Positions 37,201-49,063 of a DNA stretch of 64,000 bases are shown one piece after another (within the stretch, counting starts at the first letter, position 1; each line of letters starts with the position of its first letter). The notes below the pieces were generated by a model. It saw only the letters and a program-made list of their open reading frames with translations, had not been told where the DNA came from and ran no database searches. Both the position numbers and the translations under genes were made by a program. The stretch comes from Amoebophrya sp. A120. Lineage: Eukaryota > Protista > Dinoflagellata. The stretch covers positions 76,237 through 140,236 of the forward strand of contig CAJINV010000019.1 in assembly GCA_905178155.1 (NCBI GenBank), written 5' to 3'.

Positions 37201-40200
37201 CGCGGTGGCTGGTGTTCACCGATTTTGCTTGTTTCGACATCCGGTGCTGCATCAGTTTCTGCAGACGTCAAGTCCAGCACTGTCGTGTCACGAGCTTTGC
37301 TTGTGGACGCAGGCACAGCAACCTGTCGTGCTTGTTCCTCTTCCACTTCATTTTCGTCTTCTGGTAAGGGAGCCTCATGCTCATGTTGACCAGATGAACT
37401 TTGCACCGAGTGGTCCGTTTTATCTTTCGCGACCTTCTTCTCGGACAAGTTGCGCGAAAACGTAATCCCAGTAATGTACTTCTGCAGCCTGCTGCTCATT
37501 GTGGATTTTTGTGCAGCTATTCCACTAGCACCTCCCACACCCACACTGCTGGTCTTCTTCACCATTGCACCAATTCCGGCCATCGTCGAGCCCCTCTGTA
37601 GTTGTGCTAGTGGCAGCTGCTTGTTGATATTGCTTCGCTGCATCTCCTCTAGATGCCAGTACTCAAACGCGATAAAACCGACCGGAATGTGGATCAGATC
37701 CCGGAAGAACCCGAAGAGAACGACAAACAAAGCGCAAAACACCTGTCGCTCGACAAAGTAGGCGGACCGCAATTCGCACTTGTACAGGTGCTATCAAATG
37801 CAAAAGTGTCTGGGTCTGGAAACTTGTACTTGTGATGCTGGGTGGCGTATCATGAGGAGGCCACAAGTGCTCGCTCAGCATGACAAGTTTCTGAGCTTCT
37901 AGGTGTTGCCTATTCTGCATGACAAACTGCGTTCCTGCATGACAGAAAAATGGCGCTCTTGGGTAACGTGCATGACAGATTTGAAGGCCATGCCAGACAA
38001 GCATGACAAACATGCACTCTTCCAGACCCAGACACTTTTACATTTGATAGGTGTCCGCTTTTGTCGATAGTAGTTTCAAGGTCCGGGAGCAGCAGAACTT
38101 CCTTGGAGTTTGTCGACTCGAGCAGCACCGCAATGAAGCTGACGACGAAGAAAAAGCCGCAAAGACTATTGTGCAGAATATGGGGCTCTCAAACGTTACA
38201 TTCTCAACTGTTACATGAATTTGTCATGCAGAAGCACCATCATCATCCACTCGATCAAGCTGCTTGACATGACAAATTTGCCGAGGGCTAAACAGCGCCT
38301 AAATCTGTGCGGAATTTGTAATGTTACAGGCGCAATCTCCTCCCTTTCACTTTTCCCATTCTTGCATCACAAATCCATGTAACAGTTGAGAATGTAACAG
38401 TTGAGAACGCCATACAGAAACACGGTAGTCACCAGGCTGTTCTCCGTGAACAGCTGCGCAGCGATCGTAACCATATCCGCGGCTTCCGTGACGGTGGGGA
38501 GAGACAATACGATCAGCAGTGCGGCGACAAGAGTGAAGAGAGTTGCGGCGAACTTGAACAGCGCGGTGTGCTCGACCTTCAGATTGGAGCTGTGCGTGGA
38601 AGCGACCACGTCAACAGCAGTTCGTGTTCCATCTTGATCTTCCCCGCTTGTTGAAGCTGGGTTTATGCTGGATGTACCACGTTCCGTGAAGTACATTCTT
38701 GTTGCGCTAGTAGTCGTACTCAAATCCACATGTGTCAAGACCAAGTTGTCCAAAACCAGAAACAACAGACATAAACAAGCAACCGCCGTGCTGTACACCA
38801 CCAGAGGGCCGCTGTTGAAGCTGTTTTTCGCCGCCTGTTTGGTTGCCTCGAAAGTGGATTTCGTCGACTTCACCAGTTTTTCCGTGGGAAGTTTTTGCGT
38901 CACTACAGAGGCCAGAGACTTCGCGCGCAACATCACCATGGTGGACGTTCTCGATCGGCGGCCGATTTTTTGCTTAATTCGGTGGGACAAAGACCGCGCG
39001 GATGTTGAACTCGCGGTGCTTTGCTTCGAGTTGGACTTGGACAGGACGATTTGAAGGTCGTCGGGTTCCGCGTGTTGAACAGTAGTTGCAAAATTATCGA
39101 CACTGTGGTCATAAGTTGACACTTCGGTTGCGCGGTTATCAACTTGTAGATTCCCACCACTGCCACTGCTGCTGCTACTTTTCTCATCATCGCTGGTTTT
39201 CGACAAGCCAGGTTCCGACGGAGATCGTATTCCGGAGAGATGACGAGAAGTCGGTGTAATACCTGGCATGGCCTCAGCGTCTGGTCCTTGATGGGACAGC
39301 ACGCCCGAGCTACTGCCACGGTCAACATCCGGCAGGTCTTCAGTGGCAGGAACTTGCAAGGCGCCCGACCCACCTGCTGCGCCATCATTTGATAGGGAGT
39401 CTTCTGCGGCTTCGTGACTACCTTCGCGATAAAGATGCTGCTGTGCTGCTTCTGTCGCTGAGTGAAGACCCGGTTTGTAGTCATCATCTTCAGACGAGTT
39501 GTACGGCGAAAGACTACCGTTATTTTCATCGTCAAGACTGTCGTCCTCCTCCTCCAGCACCTTCCGCTTCGCTCCACCTCCGAGACGACCCAGTGGTCCT
39601 CGCGGTCTATTTTGCAGCTGCAAAGAACGTCGCGCCAAACACGCAGCACAAGAGCGGTAAACACTGACGCAACACAGGTCCCAGATGGGCTTGAACACCC
39701 ACTTCGTGAGGAACCGGCAGACCGAGTCGGTGAACACTGGGCTGAGCCAGAGCAGAAAAAGCGCGGAGATGATATAACCTGCTCAGCTGTTACAATTTCA
39801 AACGTTACAATAGAATCTGGAATTTGTGTTGCAAGAAGTGCATTATCTAGCCGTAGCCAACTCTCATAGGATTGCGCATGACAAGTTTCGGAGCTCCAAA
39901 CCGCAATATAATCTGGCGAAATTTGTATTGCAGAAAGTGGAACGCTCTGCGAGTCTGTCATGCTCATCATGCAACACAAATCCCAGATGCAGATCTTATT
40001 GTAACGTTTGAGATTGTAACGTTTGAGCAGGTCATAGATGAAGAGGAGAAACTGGTCGCGAAGCCCGTCATCGAGGATATCGTTGATGTCGTCCCAGGAG
40101 TATCAAATGCAAAAGTGTCTGGGTCTGGAAGTGTCATGCTGCTTTTGCATGACACAGAAGGTCTGGCATGGAAGCCCTAGCATCACAGGTTTCGAGAAGC

Positions 40201-41106
40201 TTCCGCAATACCGAATCCGCATGACAAATCCCCCATTTTGGTGACAGAAAGGGAGCAGCTTTTGCTGCCTGTGCATGAGAGATTTTTATGGGTTGTAAAA
40301 TACGCATCACAAGTTTGCACTCTTCCAGACCCAGACATATTTGCAATCCATAAGGAGTCATTTCGGATGGTCTGCACGTTGGAAATGACCTTGAAGAAGA
40401 TGTTGAAAAAGCTTGAAAAATATGCGAAAAAGAACGTCCGTTGACGAAAAACCAAGCTTGCAGTCTGAGGAACAGCACGTCATAGTAGTAAAAAGGCAAA
40501 TGAAAAAACTTCGTCGTGGTCTACGTCTACCCTGAAATAAATAATGTACAGTACCGAAGACGTCGACCCTGTCAGCCCCGAGGAACTTCCTCCTGCAAGA
40601 GCCTCCGCAGCTCCTGCGGACACCAGCCCTAATTGCACGGCCGCCGCGTTTCTGGTGTCTTTCTGCGTCTGGCACCGCGTCCAATCGCGTGAGAGAGTCG
40701 GTTCCAGGCACACGGTCCTGGAAAGTTTGGACGTATCCACTCCGCTCGATCGCACCGTGAGCCACGCCAGCGTGGATTCCTCGAGAAACCACAAATCCCG
40801 CCAGCCATCTGGGCAATTTTCGCTGTTGCGGGACAAGTAATCCAGCGCCTCGCCGCGGGAATCAATCGTTTTCCCGTCGGCCGAACTCGCAGTCCCGCTC
40901 TGCAGGAGGTCGTTGACGAGGGCGTCTTTGACCGCATCGAGACGTCGCTGCGATTGCGCTTGACCCGTGGTGAGGTACGTGTTTTGGGTGGACTTTTTGT
41001 TGGCGGAAAAGAAGAACACGACCGCTAGCCCGGCGTAAACGAGAATCGCGACGAGGATAAAGCCTGCAAAAATCCGCTCCGTTTCCTTGCGCTGGATAAT
41101 GACCAT
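25212..41106 (-). CDS. Giant (~3396 aa) multi-pass membrane protein with a WW domain and long low-complexity loops; 25 introners and 2 GT-AG introns
   Basis: Every junction checked by hand stays in frame (10191 nt remaining, divisible by 3). Many hydrophobic segments; WW motif WELHRSKTTGKLYYYNPISGESCW at 31659-31730. The link across 27702-27932 is the least certain, so this could be two genes. Confidence 0.75.
25605..25766. mobile_element. Introner family C
   Basis: C-type TIRs; DR aaggt/aaggt. Confidence 0.9.
25848..26112. mobile_element. Introner family A
   Basis: A-type TIRs; DR tcagt/tcagc (synonymous Glu). Confidence 0.88.
26707..27021. mobile_element. Introner family B variant
   Basis: tatcgtaaagaaaaatcccccctccccata...tatggggaggggagatatttccttttgata; DR ggaca/ggaca. 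Confidence 0.87.
27702..27932 (-). other. Canonical GT-AG intron (predicted)
   Basis: c|gtactc...ctacag|ag; in frame. Confidence 0.5.
28026..28181. mobile_element. Introner family C
   Basis: C-type TIRs; DR tgtgt/cgtgt (synonymous Thr). Confidence 0.88.
28246..28513. mobile_element. Introner family A
   Basis: A-type TIRs; DR tcttc/tcttc. Confidence 0.9.
28568..28819. mobile_element. Introner family A
   Basis: A-type TIRs; DR cgtct/cgtct. Confidence 0.9.
28926..29074. mobile_element. Introner family C
   Basis: C-type TIRs; DR gtcgc/gccgc (synonymous Arg). Confidence 0.88.
29119..29267. mobile_element. Introner family C
   Basis: C-type TIRs; DR acgaa/atgaa (synonymous Ser). Confidence 0.88.
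29309..29552. mobile_element. Introner family A
   Basis: A-type TIRs; DR cgccg/cgccg. Confidence 0.9.
29628..29881. mobile_element. Introner family A
   Basis: A-type TIRs; DR tagcg/tagcg. Confidence 0.9.
29935..30086. mobile_element. Introner family C
   Basis: C-type TIRs; DR ggaac/ggaac. Confidence 0.9.
30519..30673. mobile_element. Introner family C
   Basis: C-type TIRs; DR cgctg/cgctg. Confidence 0.9.
30984..31136. mobile_element. Introner family C
   Basis: C-type TIRs; DR ctctt/ctctt. Confidence 0.9.
31192..31342. mobile_element. Introner family C
   Basis: C-type TIRs; DR acgaa/acgaa. Confidence 0.9.
32885..33034. mobile_element. Introner family C
   Basis: C-type TIRs; DR aaggc/aaggc. 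Confidence 0.9.
33956..34100. mobile_element. Introner family C
   Basis: tatgaattgcaaaagtatcgtactcgta...tacgagtacgatacttttgcacaggata; DR tcctg/tcctg. Confidence 0.92.
34151..34387. mobile_element. Introner family D
   Basis: D-type TIRs; DR ctgtc/ctgtc. Confidence 0.9.
34448..34725. mobile_element. Introner family B
   Basis: B-type TIRs; DR cattc/cgttc (synonymous Asn). Confidence 0.88.
34775..34924. mobile_element. Introner family C
   Basis: C-type TIRs; DR gcctc/gcctc. Confidence 0.9.
35689..35999. mobile_element. Introner family B variant
   Basis: tatcaaagtgaaaaaagcccccaccccata...tatggggagggaggatttttcctcgcaata; DR gccac/gctac (synonymous Val). Confidence 0.87.
36079..36230. mobile_element. 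Introner family C
   Basis: C-type TIRs; DR cagcc/cagcc. Confidence 0.9.
37792..38049. mobile_element. Introner family A
   Basis: A-type TIRs; DR ggtgc/ggtgt (synonymous Gly). Confidence 0.9.
38179..38414. mobile_element. Introner family D (inverted relative to 12482 and 34151)
   Basis: D-type TIRs; DR cagaa/cagaa. Confidence 0.9.
39773..40036. mobile_element. Introner family D variant
   Basis: tataacctgctcagctgttacaatttcaaacgttacaa...ttgtaacgtttgagattgtaacgtttgagcaggtcata; DR gatga/gatga. Confidence 0.88.
40101..40352. mobile_element. Introner family A (inverted relative to 10430)
   Basis: A-type TIRs; DR aggag/aggag. Confidence 0.9.
40465..40554 (-). other. Canonical GT-AG intron (predicted)
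   Basis: tcg|gtactg...cctcag|act; phase 0, in frame. Confidence 0.55.
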
Positions 41107-41729
41107 CTGGCGGCGGCTTTGTTTGTGGGAGTAGCCATTGGGAGCTCTATTGTCCTACCTCTAGGCTCTTCTTGATTAGTGCAAACTATAATAATGGCAG
41201 CAGAAAAGTTTAAATTTAAGTAATTTTAAAGGCTATGCAACTCATATGGCTCTGGTCCTCCGAGGGACGTCCTATCCCCCTGCTTCCGCAAAAGTGTACT
41301 CATCCCTACAACCTTCCCAGTGACAGACGGTCTCTCCTTGCTCACCGAAGCAATGGAAAACCGCTCACATTGCAAGCAACGGCACGAAGCCGCAACGTAG
41401 CGAAATCTACTCTTCGGGAAGGTCCAAATGGTACTTGCGCTTGCGGTTGCGCACATCACATTCTTTCATAATAGAAACCGCCATTCGTCAATCGGGCAGA
41501 ACATCATACGCAGCCGCTTGAGCACGAAGGTGCTGCGAAAAGAGCTTTCCTGGAAGCGGCAGAGCCATCCTGGCTGGTCGCTAGCGCGCGCCATTGGCAA
41601 TGGCGAAGCGCCAACCTTCTACAGACATAGACACAGGATAACACGCGGAGCAAGCAGAGGTCGCCGGAGTAGCTTGGCGGGCACTGGTGCCAAACCCGCG
41701 AAGCGAAGGAAAAATGTGTACACTCACAC

Positions 41730-42970
41730 AACACGCGACAGCGGCGCAAGTGCGGCGCAGGGTGGAGTGGGTGCGCCAGGGAAGTGGCCGCCACCCGTGC
41801 TAGCTTGGGCGGCCGGGGCCAGCCCAGGTGCAGGAGCGGCGGCGGGCCGCGGCCGGGAAGCGGTGCGCCGCTGGCCCGCCGTCCCGCGCACTAAATAGGC
41901 AAAATAGCTGCGACAAAGACCAGGCTGCGCTTTGCCGCGGAGGAGCTGGGCCGGGCGCGCCCGCCAAGGCTACCAGCCGCCGCGGAATAAACAAGCAAAA
42001 TCCGGGCGCCCGGCCGCGCGCACGAACTGCACGCAACGAAGCAAGGAACGGCAAGGGCTCGGCGCGCCGGGCGATGCGTGGGGTCCCTCCTCAGCGGGGC
42101 CGCCCGCCCCCGCCTCAATACGCCACGCACCTTGCTGCGGCCCGGGCGGCGCCCGCCCCCGCGCCTCGTAGGCGCGTGCCTGCATACATTTGGCCGGCCC
42201 GGCCTTTGACGGGACCGGCGCCGTGCTCATGCCCCGCCCGGGGCCTGCCTGCGCCGCCGTAACTTCATCGCCGGCAGGCTCGAGCCGTGTCGCGGTGATC
42301 TTCAAGCTGCCGCGCTTCGCCCGCGCTTGGCTGCGTTGGATGCCTCTGCACAAGGCGGCGCGGCCGCCGGGCGCTGCGTACCCCCACCGACCCCCGCGGC
42401 CGGGCGGCCAACCAGACAGCGAGCGGGCGCCCGGTGCGGCGGGCACGCACATCAGCGCGCCGGCCGGCTTGATGGCCCGGCCCCTTTTCGGGGCCAGTAG
42501 CGCGGCCCGGGGCGGGCTTATGAGTTCGCGACACCCAGCCGGAGGGGACGCCGCCCGCGCCCCTCGCGGAGGCAATGCCCGGCCCCCCGAAAACACGCGC
42601 CGCCCCGCCAAGCCAGGCCCTTCGAACAGGCTGCGGATTTTGCTGGGGCGCGTCTGCCCCGCCCATCCTCCGGCAACAAGCGGCAAGAGCCCCCAAGTTA
42701 GCGCGGGCCGTATCTACCGATCAAGGGCGGCGGCCAAGGTGGCGGCCTCGCCGGCCCGGGTGATCCGGCAAACGAACACCGCCGCCGCCCGTCCTCCGCG
42801 CATGTCTGCGCGCCATGACACCGCCCAACGGAGCCACGCGCGCCGTCGCTTTGCGCCGGCCCCGAGGCCAGTGCGGGCGGTGGGTGCGGTTTTACGCGCA
42901 CCAGCCGCGCCGGCCCGCCGCTGTCGATCTCCGAAAGCCGGCGGCTGCGCCATGTGCCTGTGCGCTGTCT
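41730..42970. other. Second very GC-rich non-coding island, unexplained
   Basis: Same texture as 22960-24600; no credible ORF; no introners. Confidence 0.5.
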
Positions 42971-43156
42971 CCTGTTCCGATGGTATGCACAAAGGACAAC
43001 AAAAATCGCCATCAAGACGCCTTTCAGCTGCATGCGACCTCACTGTCGTCGTTATCTTAGGTGAGAAGCCTTTCGCCTCCAAGTTTAAGAACACAAGTGC
43101 ATGATCACACACACGCCATGGGACATCATCTACTTCGTCGTCCCACAACATAACAA

Positions 43157-46100
43157 TCAACAATTTTCCATCGCTATTGCCTGAAAACTTTCTGGATTCT
43201 TTGCAACTAGCTGTCGCGTTGTTTTTCTCAATTTTGTCCTCCAACAGTGAAAGAACCGCGACAGTAAAGAAGCTGCTTGAGAAGTAGAAGCAGGGTCTTC
43301 AACATTTCCACGTCGCGTTTTTAGGGCTACTAACGCCAGTTCAGTGCTTTCTGCTGTCTGTGTGGTTTCCACTTCTTCGATAGGCTGTTGAGAGGCAACA
43401 GCTTCAGCTTCATCTGCTCCACCCGACCCGAATACCCTCGGACTTTCCTCATCCTCGCGACCAAGGCAGAATGATCCGGCTTCTACTCCCTCGCCCGCCG
43501 CGCCCGGGCACTCCACCGTCCTCTTCCTCACGAGTTCGTGGACGGCCAGCAGGGAGAAATTGGCTTTCCAGAGAGTCTTACTCTGCCGGACCTGCGTCCG
43601 CCCGGAGGCCAGACTTCGGTGCGGATGGAAAGCAACCGGGTACTTGGACACCAGAGACTTCGCGACGGGTTTCGGGGTGACGATGGCATTCTGCTTTGGT
43701 TCTGGGCGCGTAATACTGGTGCTTCCTGATGATCCATCACGCTGCAGTTGTCTACTTGCATCTTCAGCCAGTTCCTGTACACCGCTCTCGTCGCTAATGT
43801 CCTGTCGGTTCATCTGCGGAGTCATGTCTTGCTTTGGTTGATGAAAATTCTGCGCCTGATCGATCGCACACCGCTCCCACAAGTGGTTGCTGCCCTCGAA
43901 AAAGAGCCAAAACGGCGCAGACGCGTTGTTCTTCAGTGTGTAGTGCTGCGGCTTGTTGTATACCAAAGAGCCAAATCGGTCACGAAAGATTTCGTCGGTG
44001 TTTTGCAAAATCTCGCCCAAGGACGTCCTATGTGATTTAGCTGCGCCAGTTGTACTTGTTGCTTCCACTTGCAGTTGCATACCTGGAGGTTCTTCACCGT
44101 CTTCTTCTCCGCCTCGACGTGCGATGGTAGTTGTACCAGCATTCCCGATCTTCCCGTGTGTTGAAGCGGTGACAATATCCTTCATCCGAATCTCCCCCAC
44201 ATTTCTCGACAGCCGGACCGTATGAATTGCAAAAGTATCGTACTCGTATAAATGCATTATTTCCTCAGCATGAGAGATAAAATTTGTAATGCTGATTTAC
44301 CTTGTAATGCATGATTGCTATACGAGTACGATACTTTTGCACAGGATAGACCAAGCTATCCAGGGCGTCGGCCCAGAATAATCTTCCAACCGAGTCCCTC
44401 GCGTCCGCTGGCGCGATGCCGCGCAGCCCCGCGTTCCGAAAGCACGTGTTGGCAATGAGTAAAACTTCCGTGTGCTGTTCCTTCGCGAAGGGGTCGCAGT
44501 CCAGCCCCGCGGGCGGCCAAGTGGAATCCAGGATGGCGGATTTCTTCCCGCTGTCACGCACCTCTGGGTTTTGCTGCCGGTTTTGTCTCAAGTCCTGCAG
44601 AAACAGAACCAGTTGCCGCAAACCTATTTGGTTCAAACACGTGCCCTGGCTCGGTTCGGTCAGGAATCCGTCCTGAAACACGGAGTGCGCCCAGGTCTGG
44701 CCGACGTAGAGGGGGCTTTGCTTCGTTTGCTCCGTCGCGAGGTTTTTCAGAAGCAGAAATCGTTTGAAATTTTCCGGGAAAAAGGCAACGTCGGACTCGA
44801 TGAAGCAGTACCAATAGTGGAGAGCGTCTTCCTGTTTGTGTTCGTCTGCGCCAGGACTTTCATCTGATTGTGGTCCGGCGTTCGTTGCAGCTTGGTTGTT
44901 TTGTTGAAAATTCTTGCGTTCTTGAAAGAAAAATCGTTCGGCGTCTAATATGCTCGTGTGAAATTTCTCGACTGTATTCGGCATTTTGTCCGCCTGTCTC
45001 CACACATCTTCCGCCATGGAAAAGCCGCCTTCTGCCTCGGATTTCGCGAGGTTCCGTACCGGGACGTTGTTGTATGTGGAGAAAGAAGCAGTCCCATCAT
45101 CCGTAGGAGATCCCGAAGTCCCTGATCCTACGACCGTTTTGTTCGCGATCACAAACGCCGCTTCATCGCAGTACGGTGCGGTGACGACACTATGAGCCCG
45201 CATCTCCGCCTCCTCGTGAGGCCAGACCGCTAGTAAGACGCAGGCGACGCGGATTTTCGCGAGGGTGTTTTGAATCTTCTCGTTCAACACACGGGAAGCT
45301 TGAGCTTCATGTTGTGTGGTGATTGCTGTGCTGCCGGGTATCTTTCTCCTTGAGTTTGTCTGTAGAAGTTCTTGTTCTGCAGCTGAAACGTCGACGCTCG
45401 CGCCAGGTTTTCCTTCGATCTTCCCTGCTGTACTCGAATGCTGGTGGTGTGCACGGTCTTGGAGGACTTGCAAACGCAGTTGCTTGTCCTCGGACAGGAC
45501 ACAGGAGGATGTTGCCCTGTCATGCCGCTCCGCGTGACCATAACTGTTTCTTCTGTCCACCGCAAACTGCCACTTCGGGCTGTGAAATCTCGACACAACG
45601 TCATTCTGCCCCCTTCCGTCCTCGCAGAACGTACTTAGCACGCGGAAAATCTTCTCCGTGAACTGGTCATTTCCAGGCTGATCCTTGTACACTACAATTC
45701 CCGTCCGGTCCGCTATCATGCAGTTCCAGGCCCAACACTCCATCGATTTGTCCGAAAACAAAGCCGTATTCGCGCCGGATTTCAGCAAAAAACGCTGGCA
45801 GTCCTCCGCGGTCTCCGCAAACCGGATACCCCCCTTGAAGTCCCCCGGCGGGCAGTCGAGGGAATAGATCAACTCCCCCTCTGGGAGGTATCAAACGTAA
45901 AAGTGTCTGGGTCTGGAAGAATGCAGCTTGAACTTGTCATGCTAAATCTGAAGCATGCAAAAATCTATGCTGCATGATTTTGATTACCAAAAGTCGTCCA
46001 GTTTATTTGACCAAGTCGGGAGGGAGTTTCTCATGCAGGATAGGCATGAGAGAGATCGAGCAGCATCTGTCATGCTAGGTCCTGCATTCCAGACCTCATG

Positions 46101-47321
46101 GGTCAGCGAAAAGCTGCATGAAAAGTCGCGCATTCTTCCAGACGCAGACCCAGACATTTTTGCATTTGATAGGAGGCAGTCTTTGACAAAGGGAGTTCGG
46201 AGCAACCGAGGTTTATTCTTTTCGTCATTGGTCACAGCTTGGTCCATTTCGATAATGTAAACGGGGCGGAAGGTGGCTTGCAGGAAGATGTTACGGACGT
46301 TGGTCTCGTAAGTCTCTATCACGTCGTGGTAGAACAGATCGGGCCAGAGCTCGAGGCTGACGTTTTCTACTTCATTGTGATGTGGATCGAGCTGAAGACG
46401 ATTCTGCACACCAGATCCACCGGCTTCAACAACAACGTTGTCCTCGTTCATAATTCGGGAGGTCCCCGTCGATGAAGGTGATTTCTGCATCAATTCCAGC
46501 CACACTTTTCTCTTCACCCGCCACCGCCTGGCTTCCTCCAGCATCAACTCGTTAAACCCCTGGTGGCACCACATCAGAGGCCCGATGTCGAGAAATTTTC
46601 CCTCTTGGAGGTTTTTCGTCACCGAGCGGGGAAGATCATAGTAGTACTCCGCCTGTTCGAGACAATAGTGCTGGCACAGGAAAGAAAGCATGATTTTCCC
46701 TGGGGCACACTGGGAGGTGTCGTATTCGTGGCCAGTGGTCGTGGAAGAAGTGCTGGATCTTCGGTCATTTATGTCAGGGAGGTTCGCCTGCTCCTGAAAC
46801 GCTGCATAAAAGTCCGGATACATCCGTTCCCACGCCCAGGTTTTCAACTCGTTCCCGGGGGCGCGGTCCGTCCACTGCATGTACAGCTGCGTGCACAGCG
46901 CGTAGCCAAACGCGTCGAGAAAGGCGAAGCCGTTGCGCCAATTCCGTAGAGAGTGATCGTTTTCCTCCAGTTGGATCTCCGTGAGAGATTTCCCCTCCAC
47001 CCGCATCTTCCGCCAGACGCGGGCGAGATCGGCTTTCAGAGGAGTTTCGTCCCAGCAGCTGTAGTCGGGGTAGCGGTCAGAGTGGCCGTCAGGTTCGTTC
47101 GACGATGTTGCAGGAGCTTCGCCGCGGTCCCCTGCTGGGGGAGTTGTACTTCTAAGCGTCGTCGCAGATAAATCGGAAGTTGTAGACAGCTGCTCATTGA
47201 TCGCGTCATCCGCGCTGGGCGGTTCTTGGCACAACGCAGTTCGCTCGGTGCCCAGGAAGATCAATAGGAGGAACAGGGGACAACTGACAAAGCGCCGGAT
47301 TAGAGCTAGATAAGGCGACAT
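43157..47321 (-). CDS. Secreted/luminal protein (~1247 aa) with a Fringe-like GT31 (core-1 beta-1,3-galactosyltransferase-like) domain and a possible PAN/apple-like module; 2 introners
   Basis: Signal peptide MSPYLALIRRFVSCPLFLLLIFLG. Motifs RVACVLLAV..YCDEAAFV, WYCFIESDVAFFPENFKRFL..PLYVG, GTCLNQIGLRQLV and CFRNAG..DARDSVGR parallel C1GALT1-type motifs recalled from memory. Junctions KDCL|PEGELIYS and DSLV|RLSRN are in frame. Confidence 0.7.
44221..44348. mobile_element. Introner family C, short (internal deletion)
   Basis: C-type TIRs, 128 bp; DR gaccg/gacca (non-synonymous Leu/Ser). Confidence 0.9.
45889..46171. mobile_element. Introner family A
   Basis: A-type TIRs; DR ggagg/ggagg. Confidence 0.9.
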
Positions 47322-47986
47322 CTTACTTGCCTGACGGAAGGACCGAAGAAATAAATTCAAAATAAAAAAAAAACCTCCGGCGCGGGCTCCGCCCGTATCC
47401 CCCCTAGCATTGAAACAGATGATTTATTTTCGTGAAGACAAACACAAATTGGCTTCTCGATCTCGTCAGGGTTGTAGCCTCGCGTCTTCGACTTCCAGAA
47501 GTGGTCAACGTCAAACGAAAACGCGCAAGCAATAAACTTGATGAAGCATCACCATGGGAAGTTCCGGATTTTTCATCCACTTATGTTCGGATCGCGAAAA
47601 ACTTCAACTTCTGGCATTCAATCACGTCACTGCAGGAACACAACGCGCATCAAAAAGCTCGGAAGAGCGGCACCACCCTCGCTACCTTCGTTTTTAGATC
47701 CGCCATCTTATCCCGTCACATGAAGCTACGATAAAGGCCATTCTTTCCTCAGCCTGCCAGCAGGAGCTCTACGGACTTGGCAAATACTATTTGCCACCAC
47801 TTAATGTTAATAGCGAAGAAGATTTGTTGAACTGGAGTTTCGTTGACTGATAAAGCCCTGAACAGCTTGTGCTTGACAACGCGAAACTTCATAATCTTAA
47901 TGATCATACAGCGGTTTATCTATAAGATCTTACATTTCGCTCATATATTCCACCCTTTTCTTTTCCTCCACCTTCAAGCTAAGTAT

Positions 47987-49063
47987 TCAGACCAGCGCCG
48001 CCAGTCCACTCAAAATGCCCACTGTCACCGAGACCGTCAGACTGACGCACTGCGTGATAACCCGCCACTTCGCCTCCTCCCCTTCCGCACCAGTCAACCC
48101 CGCAAGCTGCCGGTCATTTGCTCCGTTCAACCGCGTCTTCCAGCGCAGCCACCAGACCGCGTTACTATTCGGGTATAATTGTTCTTCTTCCCGTGAATCT
48201 AATAAAAGGAAAAAAACCAGGCAACAGACACGGTAGGACAAGACGGTTAGTAACGTGGCGATCAGGCCCTGGATTGCGTAGTCGAGTCGCACGAGGTTTT
48301 TCCGGGCGGCCGCGACCACAATTATTTCAGTGTTCGCACTCTTCACCTTTTTGCTCTTCAACAAATACACCCGGATCTCCTTCACTGCAGAATACAGCAG
48401 CCAGCACATAATCGACTGGCCCAGAATGCAGCCGAACCCCATCACCCCGTACGGATCGCGCATGTCCGTGTGGTCGCGCAACCGGTAGATGGCGTTCTCC
48501 GTGTGGTTTTGCACCGTGAAAAAGCCAAGAAGGATGGACGTGTAGAGAAGCTGGCTCAGAACGGTTCGCAGCTTGTTTTGATGATCCTGCTCGTTTATTT
48601 CTTTACTGTTGAGCTGAAAACCAAAACGCCGGAGATGATAGCCGCACAACAACACGATCGCCCAAAACTCGCCGCTGACGATTAGACCCCAGAGCCACTT
48701 CGCTTTCTGAAAGTGATTCAAATCCTGCCACAGCCTTACCGGGATGGGGTCCAGGCGCAACTCCGTGATGTTCCAGACGAGCGACAAAAGGCTCCGTGGG
48801 AGGATAAAAGCGAAGAAGGGGATGAGAGTAAGCAGGACTAGGACCTCGAAAGGACACATCCAACGGACTTGAAGCGGTAACTTATTTTGCTCGCCGTGCT
48901 TCAGTGAACGAGCCTCTGTGACAACAGAGGACTTGGCCTTCGACGGGGATACTTTATTTCTTGATGATGAGGTCGGTCGTGTAGGGAATCCAGCTGCGCC
49001 AGTACGCGTCGGCGTGCGACCGCGGCCACGAGCAGTTGCAAGGGTCTGTTTCGATGGAGCCAT
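47987..49063 (-). CDS. Intronless multi-pass membrane protein (358 aa, ~6 TM segments), function unknown
   Basis: Single ORF with ATG; basic N-terminal tail followed by several hydrophobic helices. Confidence 0.75.
   Translation of the reverse strand: MAPSKQTLATARGRGRTPTRTGAAGFPTRPTSSSRNKVSPSKAKSSVVTEARSLKHGEQNKLPLQVRWMCPFEVLVLLTLIPFFAFILPRSLLSLVWNITELRLDPIPVRLWQDLNHFQKAKWLWGLIVSGEFWAIVLLCGYHLRRFGFQLNSKEINEQDHQNKLRTVLSQLLYTSILLGFFTVQNHTENAIYRLRDHTDMRDPYGVMGFGCILGQSIMCWLLYSAVKEIRVYLLKSKKVKSANTEIIVVAAARKNLVRLDYAIQGLIATLLTVLSYRVCCLVFFLLLDSREEEQLYPNSNAVWWLRWKTRLNGANDRQLAGLTGAEGEEAKWRVITQCVSLTVSVTVGILSGLAALV

Noticed and set aside
41131-41139. gtagccatt, a partial match to the dinoflagellate spliced leader
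   Set aside because: Only 9 nt and on the wrong strand for the adjacent gene.
23194-43244. 150-300 aa R/A/P/G-rich ORFs in the two GC islands
   Set aside because: Expected from stop-codon scarcity at very high GC; overlapping in all frames; no motifs.
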